A DNA stretch of 64,000 nucleotides from an uncultured Lachnospiraceae bacterium (GTDB lineage: Bacteria > Bacillota > Clostridia > Lachnospirales > Lachnospiraceae), in contig CAMOJU010000003.1 in assembly GCA_946616795.1 (NCBI GenBank), positions 758 to 64,757 on the forward strand. Reading direction: 5' to 3'. Positions 42,299 through 52,600 of this stretch are shown piece by piece. Every line of letters begins with the position of its first letter. Positions within the stretch are counted from its first letter, which is position 1. The position numbers were made by a program, and so were the translations under genes. The notes beneath the pieces were generated by a model. It worked only from the letters and a program-made list of their open reading frames with translations. It searched no databases and was not told the origin of the DNA.

Positions 42299-45200
42299 AT
42301 GAAATTAACCGGATTCAGAAAAAGAAAAAAGAGAAAAAACCTGTATAGGAGCATATCTTTTCTTCTGGTGTTGATAATGGTATTTACCTATATGCCGTTA
42401 ACATCCTTTGCCGGAGATCAACCGGAACAGGTCGAAGATTCCATATCCGAAAATATCACAAATGAGGATACAAATGATACGGATTCGGTCTCCGGGGATG
42501 ATACAGGTGAAGATGTACCGGACGCCCCGGATGATACGACCGGTGAAGATGATATATCAGATAATATATCAGATAATATATCAGATAATATCGTAGGAGA
42601 AGATACTGAAAATGACGATTCTGTTAGTGGTAATACAATCAGTGACAACACGGCAGAAGAAATATTTGAAACACCGGATACAGTAGAACCCGTAGTAGAC
42701 AGCATCTTCACATATACGGAGGATGAAAACGGAGACAGAATATACAGCGGCGGAGACTGTGATTTTGTCGTGACGGTTGATATGCCGGAGGATCTGACGG
42801 AATTTGAGGGGGATGTCAGCTTCTATACAATGAGCGAGGGTCAGGGAGTATTGTATATATATACGACAAGCCCTGTCACGGTATCAATGAAGGATGGTGT
42901 GACAGTAACAGACCAGAGCATCAGGGTAGGATACTCATCCCATGGTATCCATGACGGAGCACATATCACACTTGACAATGTGCATATTGATATGTCAGAG
43001 CAAAATGCATTTATCAATGCAAGTGATTTCAGTTATCAGGATATTACAGATTATATCAATCGTTTTGCTGCCTTTTCGTATGTAGGTTATGATAGTTATA
43101 CTTCGAGCATAACGGTTACACTTGTTGGCGATAATACACTCATTGGACCCAAAGTAGCTGACTCAAGTAGTTACCAGGCAGCATACGGAATATATGCGCA
43201 AGGCGGATATGGTATAGGTATAAAGGGACACGGCAATCTGACTTCTTATGTAGAAAAAGAGGATACAGATGTGTATGACAACTATAGTATATATGTAAAA
43301 TACGGAGCACTTAGGATAGAATGTGACGGTTATTTTGACCTTGGCCCTGTAGAAAACGGAAATGTGTATTCTGAAGATTCAGCCATAATAACCGGAGGTA
43401 CATATGCTCTTGGTAATGCATCATATGATGCAGTATATGGTGTAAATGCCAGCAGAGAGACATGGGGTGACGGCATACAGAGGCTTTATAGAGTCGGATA
43501 TACAAATAACAAAAATAAATATGATAAATATGATGTGTCGGTATATATGCCGGACGATGCAAAGGCGTATCTTTCGAATTATATAGGCAGAGAAACATTA
43601 TATGCCATGAATGAAGATTACGGTCAGGCGTATGATGCCGTATACGCTGCTGCAGTAAGTTTTACCGGTGGTAGTGAGTTTGATGCAGATTATCATATGA
43701 ATTATGGATTCTCAATGGCAGAGACCGGTATGATTCATAATGCTGTAGTAAATGATCATCCTGAATTTATCTGGTGGTGGTCATCTTCATGGGGAGGCGG
43801 TTCAAGAGGTCTGGTTGTAAACCTGAGTACAGAATCTGCGGTTCAGGGATACGAACTTATAAGAAGACAGAAGGCATTTGAGGAGAGCACGGTAAGACTA
43901 TTAAGAGAAGCCGGAATCACAGATACGATGACTGATTATCAAAAGGCCTATGCGCTCTATCAGGTTTTGGTGGCAAATGTTGTTTATAATCTTGATGCAG
44001 GAGACCAGGGAGCGTATGAGGCTATGGTAAATGGAGAAGGCGTATGTGCCGGTTATGCCAAAGCATATGTATATCTCCTTCAGAGAGCAGGAATAAAGGC
44101 TTCATATGTACCCGGTCAGGCAGCTTTACCGGGCCAGTGGTCACAGGGGCATGCATGGGTAATAGCGAAAATAGATGGAGCATATTACCACAGTGACCCT
44201 ACATGGGATGATAATGGTTCTACGTCAAATTTTAAGTATTTTAATGTGCCTTGGAGTGCTCTTTCGTCAGACCACTGGATAGATGATGATTTGGGATATG
44301 AATTCCCTAATGCAATAACAGCCAAGCCGACTCTTCCGTCAAATGTAGTAAAGATAACTGCAACGGCGGGTGCAAATGGTACATCGTATCCTTCAAGCCT
44401 TAGGATTCCATCAGGTTCAAGTGCAAAAGCTACATTTGTAGCTGAGGAAGGATTTGTTATTGATACGGTTAGGGTTAACGGTGTGCCGGCTACTCCTGTC
44501 AGCGAGGGCGGTGGAGTTTATACGCTTGAATTAAGCAATATCACAACTGCGACAACAGTAAGTGCCACATTTACCGAAGCAGATCCAACTGATGTCATAC
44601 CAAAGCAGGTTGGTGATTTCATAGTTTATTTCAACGATGGAACGGAGATAAACGCGGAAGGTACAAGTGATTGTTTCGCAAGCGGAAATAATTTTTATAT
44701 TTTAACTGATAAACCCATAACAATTGAAATGGGCAAAGATGAAAACGGTGATACCATAGCTTCAAGCAGTATGAAAATTACACCATCCGTAGCTGAGTCC
44801 TATATCACACTAAAGAATGTAACTATTGTATTTGATGTGGAGAATTACGATTCAATAATTGATGCAAAAGGAAAAACTGTTCATCTGACTCTTATTGGAG
44901 ATAATTATCTGATAGATTCCGATCCGAACTTTACCGGTACAAGCGGAATATCAACTGGAAGACCTGATTCGAACTATACGTATTTGAAGGAAGGTGAATT
45001 AACAATAACCGGTACGGGAACACTTACCATGCAGGGACTGCAAAGTGGCCTTGAATTTAGCGATCTGACAATGACGGGAGGATCTCTCAAATTTGTAAAT
45101 TGTACCCAGCCATACGGATACTGGGGCGCAGGAAAGGTAGAGATTAAAGGCGGAAAATTTGCTGATGTTGTGGATGCGTCAAAAGGCATAGTCTTCAAAT

Positions 45201-47719
45201 ATATGGATTACACCAATGGGACAGGACAGCAGAACGTATATGTAGCTTCCGGATATAAGATTGTCACATCCGGTGACGCCTCATATCCATACCAGGTTGT
45301 ATCATCAGGTTCATCATCCGGTGCAGTAAATGTTTCATCGATTACTCTGAATAAGACATCCTGCACACTTTATGTTGGTATGGTAGATGGTGATGTTGTG
45401 GGTGATACGATATCGCTTGTTGCAACAGTAAAACCTGCAAATGCAGATAACCCTGATCTTGTATGGTCATCGTCAAATGAGTCGGTTGCAACAGTGGATA
45501 TCTATGGCAATGTTACGGCTATTGCCCCCGGAACAGCTGTTATAAAGGCTTCAAGTACTGACGGAAGTAATAAGTCGGCTACATGTACCGTCACCGTAAA
45601 GGCTCAGCAGGCTACGGGGATACATATAATGTGTCAGGGATCCATTGTAAGTTCGGTGACTATTGAAACAGGAGGTTCAAGGGTCCTTGATGTATTATTT
45701 GATCCGACAGATACGTATTATAAAAATGTTACATGGACGACATCCAACAGTAATGTTGCCGAAGTTGATGATAATGGAACACTTCATACATATGCAGACG
45801 GTACAGCAACCATTACCGCTACAACAACAGACGGTTCCAATAAGAAAGCAACGCTTACGGTAATTGCGAGAACTCCGGCGACGGATATAACAATTACCGG
45901 TCCAGGAGTAGAAGATGATAAGGTCACTCTTTCTAATGGAAATTCATTACAGTTAACCGCTTCTGTTATGCCGGATAATGCAACGGATAAATCTGTGACA
46001 TGGTCAAGTTCAAATACAGCTGTTGCATATGTATCATCTACCGGACTTGTAAAGGCCAAGGGAACCGGAACGGCTGTAATTACAGCAACCGCTAATGGAG
46101 GAACCGGAGTAAGCGCTTCAATCACTGTTACGGTATTCACCCAGGGCTTTACTATTGACGCTGATGGAAACACGACATATGTAAAAAGTGACCATACTCT
46201 TGCAACAGGCTGGACAACTGTCGGCAGACGTACTTACTATTTTGATCCTGAAACATCTTATATGCTAACCGGATGGGATGTTTTAGATGGTAATAAGTAT
46301 TATTTCAATCCGGAGACGGGAGCCCTTCAGACAGGCTGGCATACCATAGATGATGAATTATATTACTTTAATCCTTATGCAAATGGTGATGTGCATGCAG
46401 GAGCAATGGTTACCGGTGAGTTTACATACAGAGGAAAGACATATTTTCTGGATGAAACGACGGGGGCAACAGTCATTGGATGGAGAACAGTTGGAGATAA
46501 CAGGTATTACTATGATGCGACCGGCGCTATGGTGAGTGGTCTGGTATCTCTGGGAGATGGGGATTACTTCTTTGCAGCCAACGGTACTCTTGTAAAGAAT
46601 GATTTTGTCGAAATTGACGAGGCGGTATACTACTTTGACAATGACGGTAAGAAGGTACTTGGAGACGATGATTATAGAGAAATAAACGGAGAGCGTTTCT
46701 ATTTTGATCCCGAAGGAAAGGTAAAATCCGGATGGGTCGATATAGATCCTTCTGCTGATGAAAGACTGGTATATTGTCTTGAGGCGGGTGATGATCATCA
46801 TAGTTTTGGTCAGGTCGCAGCAGGTCTGGTAGATATTAATGGTAATACATATCTCTTTAGTGGTATTGATGATAATTATTACTATGGTGAAATAAAGACA
46901 GGATTACAGCAGTACTACGATGACTGGTACATGTTTGATTCTGACGGCATAGCTCTCTCCGGCTGGCAGAGTGATGATGGTGATATATACTATTTCGATT
47001 CAAATACGAAAGCTGCTGCTCGTGGTATGACCGTAATCAATAAAAAGACATACTACTTTAATGCTGATGGTAGCGAAAAGCCAACGCTCGTTGTAAATGA
47101 TACTGTAAAAATTGAGGGCGAAGACTACATAGCAGATAAAAACGGAGTCCTGAAGAGTGTCAATAATACTTCGACATGGGTTGATGACGGAGATAAAAAG
47201 ATATTCCTCAGCAAAAACGGAACAGCAGTGTCAGGATGGGTCGCAGACGGTGGTCTGATGTACTACTGTGATCCCGCAACAGGCGAGGCAGTGACAGGCC
47301 TTAAAAAGATTGGTTTAAAGGTTTATCTCTTTGATGATGACGGTGCGCTGGCAACACCGGATCGCGTAACGGCAATCATAAAAGGTGAAGAATATGACTT
47401 ATCAGGTGAGATAACAATAGAGGTTGACGGAGAAAACAGGCAGTACAAGATACGCGGCGATGGTTCTTTGGTGACAGGCTGGGTAAGAGACAACGGATGG
47501 AAGTATATTCCCTCTCCTGTTGCTGCAGTGGGATGTCAGGCATGTTATCCTTCCTATACAGATGCCCTTGGGGCAGCTACTCTCAGCAGTGACATGGCTT
47601 CAGCCAATACTCTTGATATGGCCAACATCGCACCGGTATCATACATGGGATCTGAAAATATAGCTATGATTATTCCAATGCATCTGAAGGCTCATTCACT
47701 GAAAACAATGATGTTCTGA
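42299..47719 (+). CDS. P3: secreted transglutaminase-like-domain protein with Ig-like domains and cell-wall-binding repeats (1806 aa)
   Basis: Triad GVCAGYA / GHAW / SDPTWDD (~43910-44260), two beta-helix modules, three Big_2 (~45330-46140), YYF..TGW repeats (~46150-47500) and a C-terminal tail. Confidence 0.88.
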   Translation: MKLTGFRKRKKRKNLYRSISFLLVLIMVFTYMPLTSFAGDQPEQVEDSISENITNEDTNDTDSVSGDDTGEDVPDAPDDTTGEDDISDNISDNISDNIVGEDTENDDSVSGNTISDNTAEEIFETPDTVEPVVDSIFTYTEDENGDRIYSGGDCDFVVTVDMPEDLTEFEGDVSFYTMSEGQGVLYIYTTSPVTVSMKDGVTVTDQSIRVGYSSHGIHDGAHITLDNVHIDMSEQNAFINASDFSYQDITDYINRFAAFSYVGYDSYTSSITVTLVGDNTLIGPKVADSSSYQAAYGIYAQGGYGIGIKGHGNLTSYVEKEDTDVYDNYSIYVKYGALRIECDGYFDLGPVENGNVYSEDSAIITGGTYALGNASYDAVYGVNASRETWGDGIQRLYRVGYTNNKNKYDKYDVSVYMPDDAKAYLSNYIGRETLYAMNEDYGQAYDAVYAAAVSFTGGSEFDADYHMNYGFSMAETGMIHNAVVNDHPEFIWWWSSSWGGGSRGLVVNLSTESAVQGYELIRRQKAFEESTVRLLREAGITDTMTDYQKAYALYQVLVANVVYNLDAGDQGAYEAMVNGEGVCAGYAKAYVYLLQRAGIKASYVPGQAALPGQWSQGHAWVIAKIDGAYYHSDPTWDDNGSTSNFKYFNVPWSALSSDHWIDDDLGYEFPNAITAKPTLPSNVVKITATAGANGTSYPSSLRIPSGSSAKATFVAEEGFVIDTVRVNGVPATPVSEGGGVYTLELSNITTATTVSATFTEADPTDVIPKQVGDFIVYFNDGTEINAEGTSDCFASGNNFYILTDKPITIEMGKDENGDTIASSSMKITPSVAESYITLKNVTIVFDVENYDSIIDAKGKTVHLTLIGDNYLIDSDPNFTGTSGISTGRPDSNYTYLKEGELTITGTGTLTMQGLQSGLEFSDLTMTGGSLKFVNCTQPYGYWGAGKVEIKGGKFADVVDASKGIVFKYMDYTNGTGQQNVYVASGYKIVTSGDASYPYQVVSSGSSSGAVNVSSITLNKTSCTLYVGMVDGDVVGDTISLVATVKPANADNPDLVWSSSNESVATVDIYGNVTAIAPGTAVIKASSTDGSNKSATCTVTVKAQQATGIHIMCQGSIVSSVTIETGGSRVLDVLFDPTDTYYKNVTWTTSNSNVAEVDDNGTLHTYADGTATITATTTDGSNKKATLTVIARTPATDITITGPGVEDDKVTLSNGNSLQLTASVMPDNATDKSVTWSSSNTAVAYVSSTGLVKAKGTGTAVITATANGGTGVSASITVTVFTQGFTIDADGNTTYVKSDHTLATGWTTVGRRTYYFDPETSYMLTGWDVLDGNKYYFNPETGALQTGWHTIDDELYYFNPYANGDVHAGAMVTGEFTYRGKTYFLDETTGATVIGWRTVGDNRYYYDATGAMVSGLVSLGDGDYFFAANGTLVKNDFVEIDEAVYYFDNDGKKVLGDDDYREINGERFYFDPEGKVKSGWVDIDPSADERLVYCLEAGDDHHSFGQVAAGLVDINGNTYLFSGIDDNYYYGEIKTGLQQYYDDWYMFDSDGIALSGWQSDDGDIYYFDSNTKAAARGMTVINKKTYYFNADGSEKPTLVVNDTVKIEGEDYIADKNGVLKSVNNTSTWVDDGDKKIFLSKNGTAVSGWVADGGLMYYCDPATGEAVTGLKKIGLKVYLFDDDGALATPDRVTAIIKGEEYDLSGEITIEVDGENRQYKIRGDGSLVTGWVRDNGWKYIPSPVAAVGCQACYPSYTDALGAATLSSDMASANTLDMANIAPVSYMGSENIAMIIPMHLKAHSLKTMMF
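42552..42591 (+). repeat. Perfect 12-bp tandem repeat encoding ISDN x3
   Basis: (ATATATCAGATA)3 followed by ATAT. Confidence 0.9.
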
Positions 47720-47766
47720 CACAAGCAATTATGTAAAGGAGCTGTCGCAGGTCCAAAATTAAAACG

Positions 47767-47806
47767 AAAACCATATCCTGTTATGCAAGACGGGGTATGG
47801 TTTTTT
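47767..47806 (+). terminator. Intrinsic terminator after P3
   Basis: AAAACCATATCCTGT ... ACGGGGTATGGTTTTTT. Confidence 0.75.
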
Positions 47807-47844
47807 ATTGCATACATTTACTTTAGGAAGAATCATGATACTTA

Positions 47845-47873
47845 TTGAATATATAACGTGAACGCGTTATAAT
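47845..47873 (+). promoter_or_regulatory. Sigma-A promoter with embedded palindromic operator
   Basis: TTGAAT-N17-TATAAT, with TATAACG-N6-CGTTATA at 47852-47871 covering the spacer and the -10. Confidence 0.75.
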
Positions 47874-47893
47874 TTAATTACGAGGTTGGAGTA

Positions 47894-48343
47894 ATGAATG
47901 AGTATTTTAAATCAAAAGTGAGAGAGTGTGGGAAAAGTCTGTATAGAATAAGTCATGAAACCGGCATACCGTATACTGTTTTAAATGAGATATATAACGA
48001 TAAGAAAAATATTAACAATATCACATCCGAAACAGTGTACAAGTTATGCCTTTACTTTGATTGCGATATGAAATCGCTCCTTAATCCTTTTCCTCTTCTG
48101 AAAAACAGCAGAGGGATTTACAGAAAAGTATCTTATCAGTGGGTTGCCACGAATAATGGTGAAGAGATGGAATTACAGATATTGGCAGATAATGAGCCGG
48201 AGACAATAATTACTTTGAAGCAAGCTATACCTGATGCATACAAAGAGTACAATAGTCTGGTTGCTGAAGTAGCTATTGATGATTATTTAAAGAGGAAGAA
48301 GGACGAAGAGGTATTAAATGGGGCAATATTTTTTGATGCATAA
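47894..48343 (+). CDS. Cro/C1-type HTH protein (candidate antitoxin)
   Basis: KSLYRISHETGIPYTVLNEIY HTH. Overlaps the downstream kinase gene. Confidence 0.75.
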   Translation: MNEYFKSKVRECGKSLYRISHETGIPYTVLNEIYNDKKNINNITSETVYKLCLYFDCDMKSLLNPFPLLKNSRGIYRKVSYQWVATNNGEEMELQILADNEPETIITLKQAIPDAYKEYNSLVAEVAIDDYLKRKKDEEVLNGAIFFDA

Positions 48344-49484
48344 AAATGATATATGCGGTGCAATGGTTATTGATGATGATAGCAGTTATATCCGATCATA
48401 TAAGGATTCTGGGAAAGGAAAATCTCCTTTTCTGGGAAATTGTGACGAGAGAAAAATAATAAAATGGTGGGAGGGTCGAGCTGTACCGGCTTCGAGAAAA
48501 ATGGTACAGGATATCCTGAAGCACAACGGTTATATCAATACGGAAAAGTATCTCGTGAAAAATCTGGCACTTTCGATGACGGACGCTTATTGGATAAGGC
48601 CTATCAGTATGAAACTGGTATATGAGGACATATCCTTTTCCAATCTCTCACCATACAATGACGGTAAAGTTCCATATCATAACGAGACATCATATGATCC
48701 AAATGCTTCTCTTGGAGGTCAGATGGATAAATATTGGGATTTGAGTACGGAAAAGCCGTCACTGGTAAAAGAAAGTTATAAATATTTTGGTCAGCAGGCA
48801 ATAAATGAAGTCTTTGCCACAATGATTCATCAGAGACAACAGACAAAGATACCATTCGTATCATATACAGCTGAAAAGACGGACGACAATGGAGTTATTT
48901 GTCGTTGTGAAGCATTTACGAGTGAAGATTTGGAATTTGTCCCGGCATATGAAGTAATAGAGAGTTCAAAAAATGAGAGTGAAAGCTCACCATACGATAA
49001 TTATATTAGGATTTGTGCAAATGCCGGAATTAAAAAAGTTGTAATGCAGGAATTCATGGATTATCAGACTATGACGGATTTTATTATAAGTAATACTGAT
49101 GAACATCTCCTAAACTTTGGAATTCTGCGTAACCCGGATACATTTGAGTATATTGGACCGGCCCCTATTTTTGATTCTGGTAACAGTATGTTTTTCTCTG
49201 AAAAAGCAGAGGTATTATCACGTGTGTCATTATTGAAAAGGCAGATTACCGGATTCTATCAGACAGAAGAAAAAATGTTAAAAAATGTAAAAAACAAGGA
49301 TATTGTAGATTTATCTTTGTTACCGTCTGAAAAAGAGTGCAAAGAATTATATAAAGCCTATGGTATACCTAAAGAAAAAGCCGAGGCGATAGCAAAAAAT
49401 TATATAACTAAAGTTAAAATGGCTCATGATTTTCAAAAAGGAATGAAAATCTCACTGTATCATGAGAAAAACAAAAAATCGTAG
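48318..49484 (+). CDS. HipA/CtkA-like Ser/Thr kinase (candidate toxin)
   Basis: ASLGGQMDKYW loop, NTDEHLLNFG catalytic loop, APIFDSGNS. Confidence 0.8.
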   Translation: MGQYFLMHKNDICGAMVIDDDSSYIRSYKDSGKGKSPFLGNCDERKIIKWWEGRAVPASRKMVQDILKHNGYINTEKYLVKNLALSMTDAYWIRPISMKLVYEDISFSNLSPYNDGKVPYHNETSYDPNASLGGQMDKYWDLSTEKPSLVKESYKYFGQQAINEVFATMIHQRQQTKIPFVSYTAEKTDDNGVICRCEAFTSEDLEFVPAYEVIESSKNESESSPYDNYIRICANAGIKKVVMQEFMDYQTMTDFIISNTDEHLLNFGILRNPDTFEYIGPAPIFDSGNSMFFSEKAEVLSRVSLLKRQITGFYQTEEKMLKNVKNKDIVDLSLLPSEKECKELYKAYGIPKEKAEAIAKNYITKVKMAHDFQKGMKISLYHEKNKKS

Positions 49485-49535
49485 CAAAATGAATAAGAAG
49501 CCGGGCCATACCACTTTTTTGGTGCGGGTGTTTTC

Positions 49536-49569
49536 AGGGTTGACACAGAGATGTGTTAACCCTTTATTT
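49536..49569 (+). terminator. Intrinsic terminator after the kinase gene
   Basis: AGGGTTGACACA-GAGA-TGTGTTAACCCT-TTATTT. Confidence 0.7.
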
Positions 49570-49670
49570 ATATGTCGGAAAATAGTAAAATATAGGTAGC
49601 ACGCTTTATTGATTTAAGCGATGACAGCATAGTGATTTTTAATGTATTTTCGTCGAATGGAGGCGGATTT

Positions 49671-52600
49671 ATGAACAGAACTAAAAGTAGAAAAGCGGGA
49701 AAAAGAATTTTTTCGATAATGCTGGCAGTTCTCCTGCTCTTTAATTATATTCCGGAGACAGTTTATGCCGGAACGGTTAATGATGGAGAGGACGTAAGCG
49801 TATCCGGAAATGTAGCGAATTATGACAGCGTATCCAGTGATGACGCAGACGAAACAGTGTCGGATAATACCTACGACGAATCGGGAGATGCTGCAGGCGA
49901 TGAATCAGATAATATCCCGGATGAACCATCGTCAGTTTCAGATAATGATTCGGAGTATTCTGAAAACAATGACGCAGAAGATACTGTATCTGACAATAGT
50001 GTGTCGGATAATGATGTGGATGATTACAGTCAGGTCCCTGATTTTCCGACCGGAGGTAATAATGAGATAGAGGATACCATAGATATTGAGAATGTAAATG
50101 TCAAACCGACAAATTATGTTCCAAATCTTAGGGGAAGCGTCCTTCCTGTTTCATATACTACACCGAATCTTCCAGATCTTCGTAATCAGTATCCGTATGG
50201 AACCTGTTGGGCTCATTCTGCAATGGCACTCGCTGAAATTAGTTTAATAAAGCAGGAATTTGTGGATCCAAGTGTCGACTTATCTGAGTTACATTTAGCT
50301 TACTTTTCTTATAATACGGTAATTGATCCATTGGGTGGACTTGATGGTGATTCGAACGCATGTTTAAACGATACCTTTATGGATAGAGGAGGAAATATCT
50401 CTCTTGCTGAAAATGTGTTGTTTTCATGGACTGGAGCTGCAAGTGAAGAAACAGCCCCTTATTCAAATGCGTCATCAGCACTTGTGAATGGATTAAGCAC
50501 CGGGATTGCATATACCGATTTAGCACATATGACGGCCTGCTATGAAACTACTATTTCAACATCTCAGGCTGATATAAATGCAGTAAAGCAAATGGTGTAT
50601 GATTATGGTGCTGTAGGAATCAGTTATTATGCTGTAAATTCAATGTCTGCTGTTACATCCCAAAATATCTACAGTACAGCAAATAATTGCTATTACAACT
50701 CAGGAGCATCCGGACTTACAGCAAATCACGCTGTTACGATTGTTGGATGGGATGACAGTTTTGCAAAAGAAAATTTTGCTACTCAGCCGGCAGGAGATGG
50801 TGCATGGCTTATCAGAAATAGCTGGACAACAGGAACTGTCTATAGTTATTCAGGATATTTTTGGATGTCATATTATGAACCTTCTATTGATGATGATGCT
50901 GTATCTTATGTGTTTGAACTAGAAAATAACTATGACAATAATTATCAATACGATGGAGGTATGCAGTCAAATTCTGTTCCGGGAACAAAGTTTGCAAATG
51001 TCTTCACAGCACATGCAGAAGGTGGAGATTTAGGAGAAACTATAGAAGCAATTGCTTTTTATACACCGACATCAAATGTTACTTATACTGTAAATATATA
51101 TGGCGATGTAACGGGGACTAATCCGGAGAGTGGTACTTTGATTGCTACACAGACCGGAACTACTACTTACGCAGGATATTATACAGTTAAATTAAAAAAA
51201 CCATGCACAGTTGAAAAAAACACTAAATTTTCTGTCGTAATCTCTCTGTCTAAAGAAGGTTATACAGCTGAAATGGGATATGAACAGCCTGTTTCAACAA
51301 GCGACTGGTATCAGGTAACGACTCATGCGGATGCCGGAGAGAGTTATATATATAATGGTTCGTGGAGAGATTTTACAAATTATTATTCTAATCTTACAAA
51401 TTCTAATCTTAGAATAAAGGCTTTTACCAATAATGTTCAATCAGGTGAAATTGTTGCTCCTGAAAGCATTGAAATAGACGATGAAATATTATCTAACGGA
51501 ATCACTCTTGGTGTAACACAAAGTTATACAGTTAGTGCAAAAGTTAATCCAAGTAATACAACAAACAGGAAACTGATATGGACAAGTTCTGATACAAGTA
51601 TAGCGACTGTGGCTAATGGAGTTGTCACCGGAGTTAGTTCAGGAACGGCAGTTATTACAGTAAAATGCGATGCTGATAATACGATATATAAAACATTTTC
51701 TGTAACGGTAGATGCTGACACACTGATTTCGATTTCTGTCAGCGCAGACTCGCAAAAATTCAAGAGATACAGTGAATATACATTTTCGGCTTCGGCAAAT
51801 CCTTCAACAGCGTCGCTTGAAGGTTTGACGTGGTCGTCATCCAATACAAACGTAGCAACAATAGATTCTACAGGAAAAGTGAAGACGGTAGGTGTTGGTA
51901 AAACAACAATTACTGCAACATGTGGTAATATTACCGGCTCCAAGGAGATAACGGTATATCCTGATGCCCCCAACTTTACTTATTATACGGACGATGATAA
52001 TACAATCAAGCTTTATTGGGAAGCCGTAGATGGAGCGACAGGTTATGAGATTAATTATAACCAAAAGGAAATTAGTATAGTTTCTGAAGAGGGAAAAACA
52101 AATTACGAATATGAGATTAACGATTATTCAGGGATTGAATATAGCGAAAATAATTGCGTTGCGATAACTGTTTATGCGTTGGTTCCCAGTGTTGACAGCA
52201 CAGGAACGTATGGTTATGGATTAACCCAATATGTATATTATGGACCAACATATACAATTATTTATGATGTCGGAAACGGAACGAATAATGCAAATAATCC
52301 CAGCACATACAAATATGGACGCCCGGGTATATCATTTCAAAATCCTATAGCTCCTAAAGGATATACTTTTAAAAGATGGTATTACATAAAAAATAATACA
52401 ACATATACAATTACAGGGATTAGTTCTACATATTATTTTGATAGTTCCACAAAGAGTTTAAAAGTGTATGCGGAGTATAAGCCGATTACTTATACAATAG
52501 CTTTTAACAATAATGGCGGCACGGGTACGATTAATTCCGTTTCATGTACTTATGATACTGCAAAGACTCTTCCAGCATGTACATTCACAAAGAACGGATA

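Noticed and set aside
42552-42591. Short tandem repeats as a CRISPR array
   Set aside because: There are no spacers, the repeats are in frame within a CDS, and no cas genes are present.
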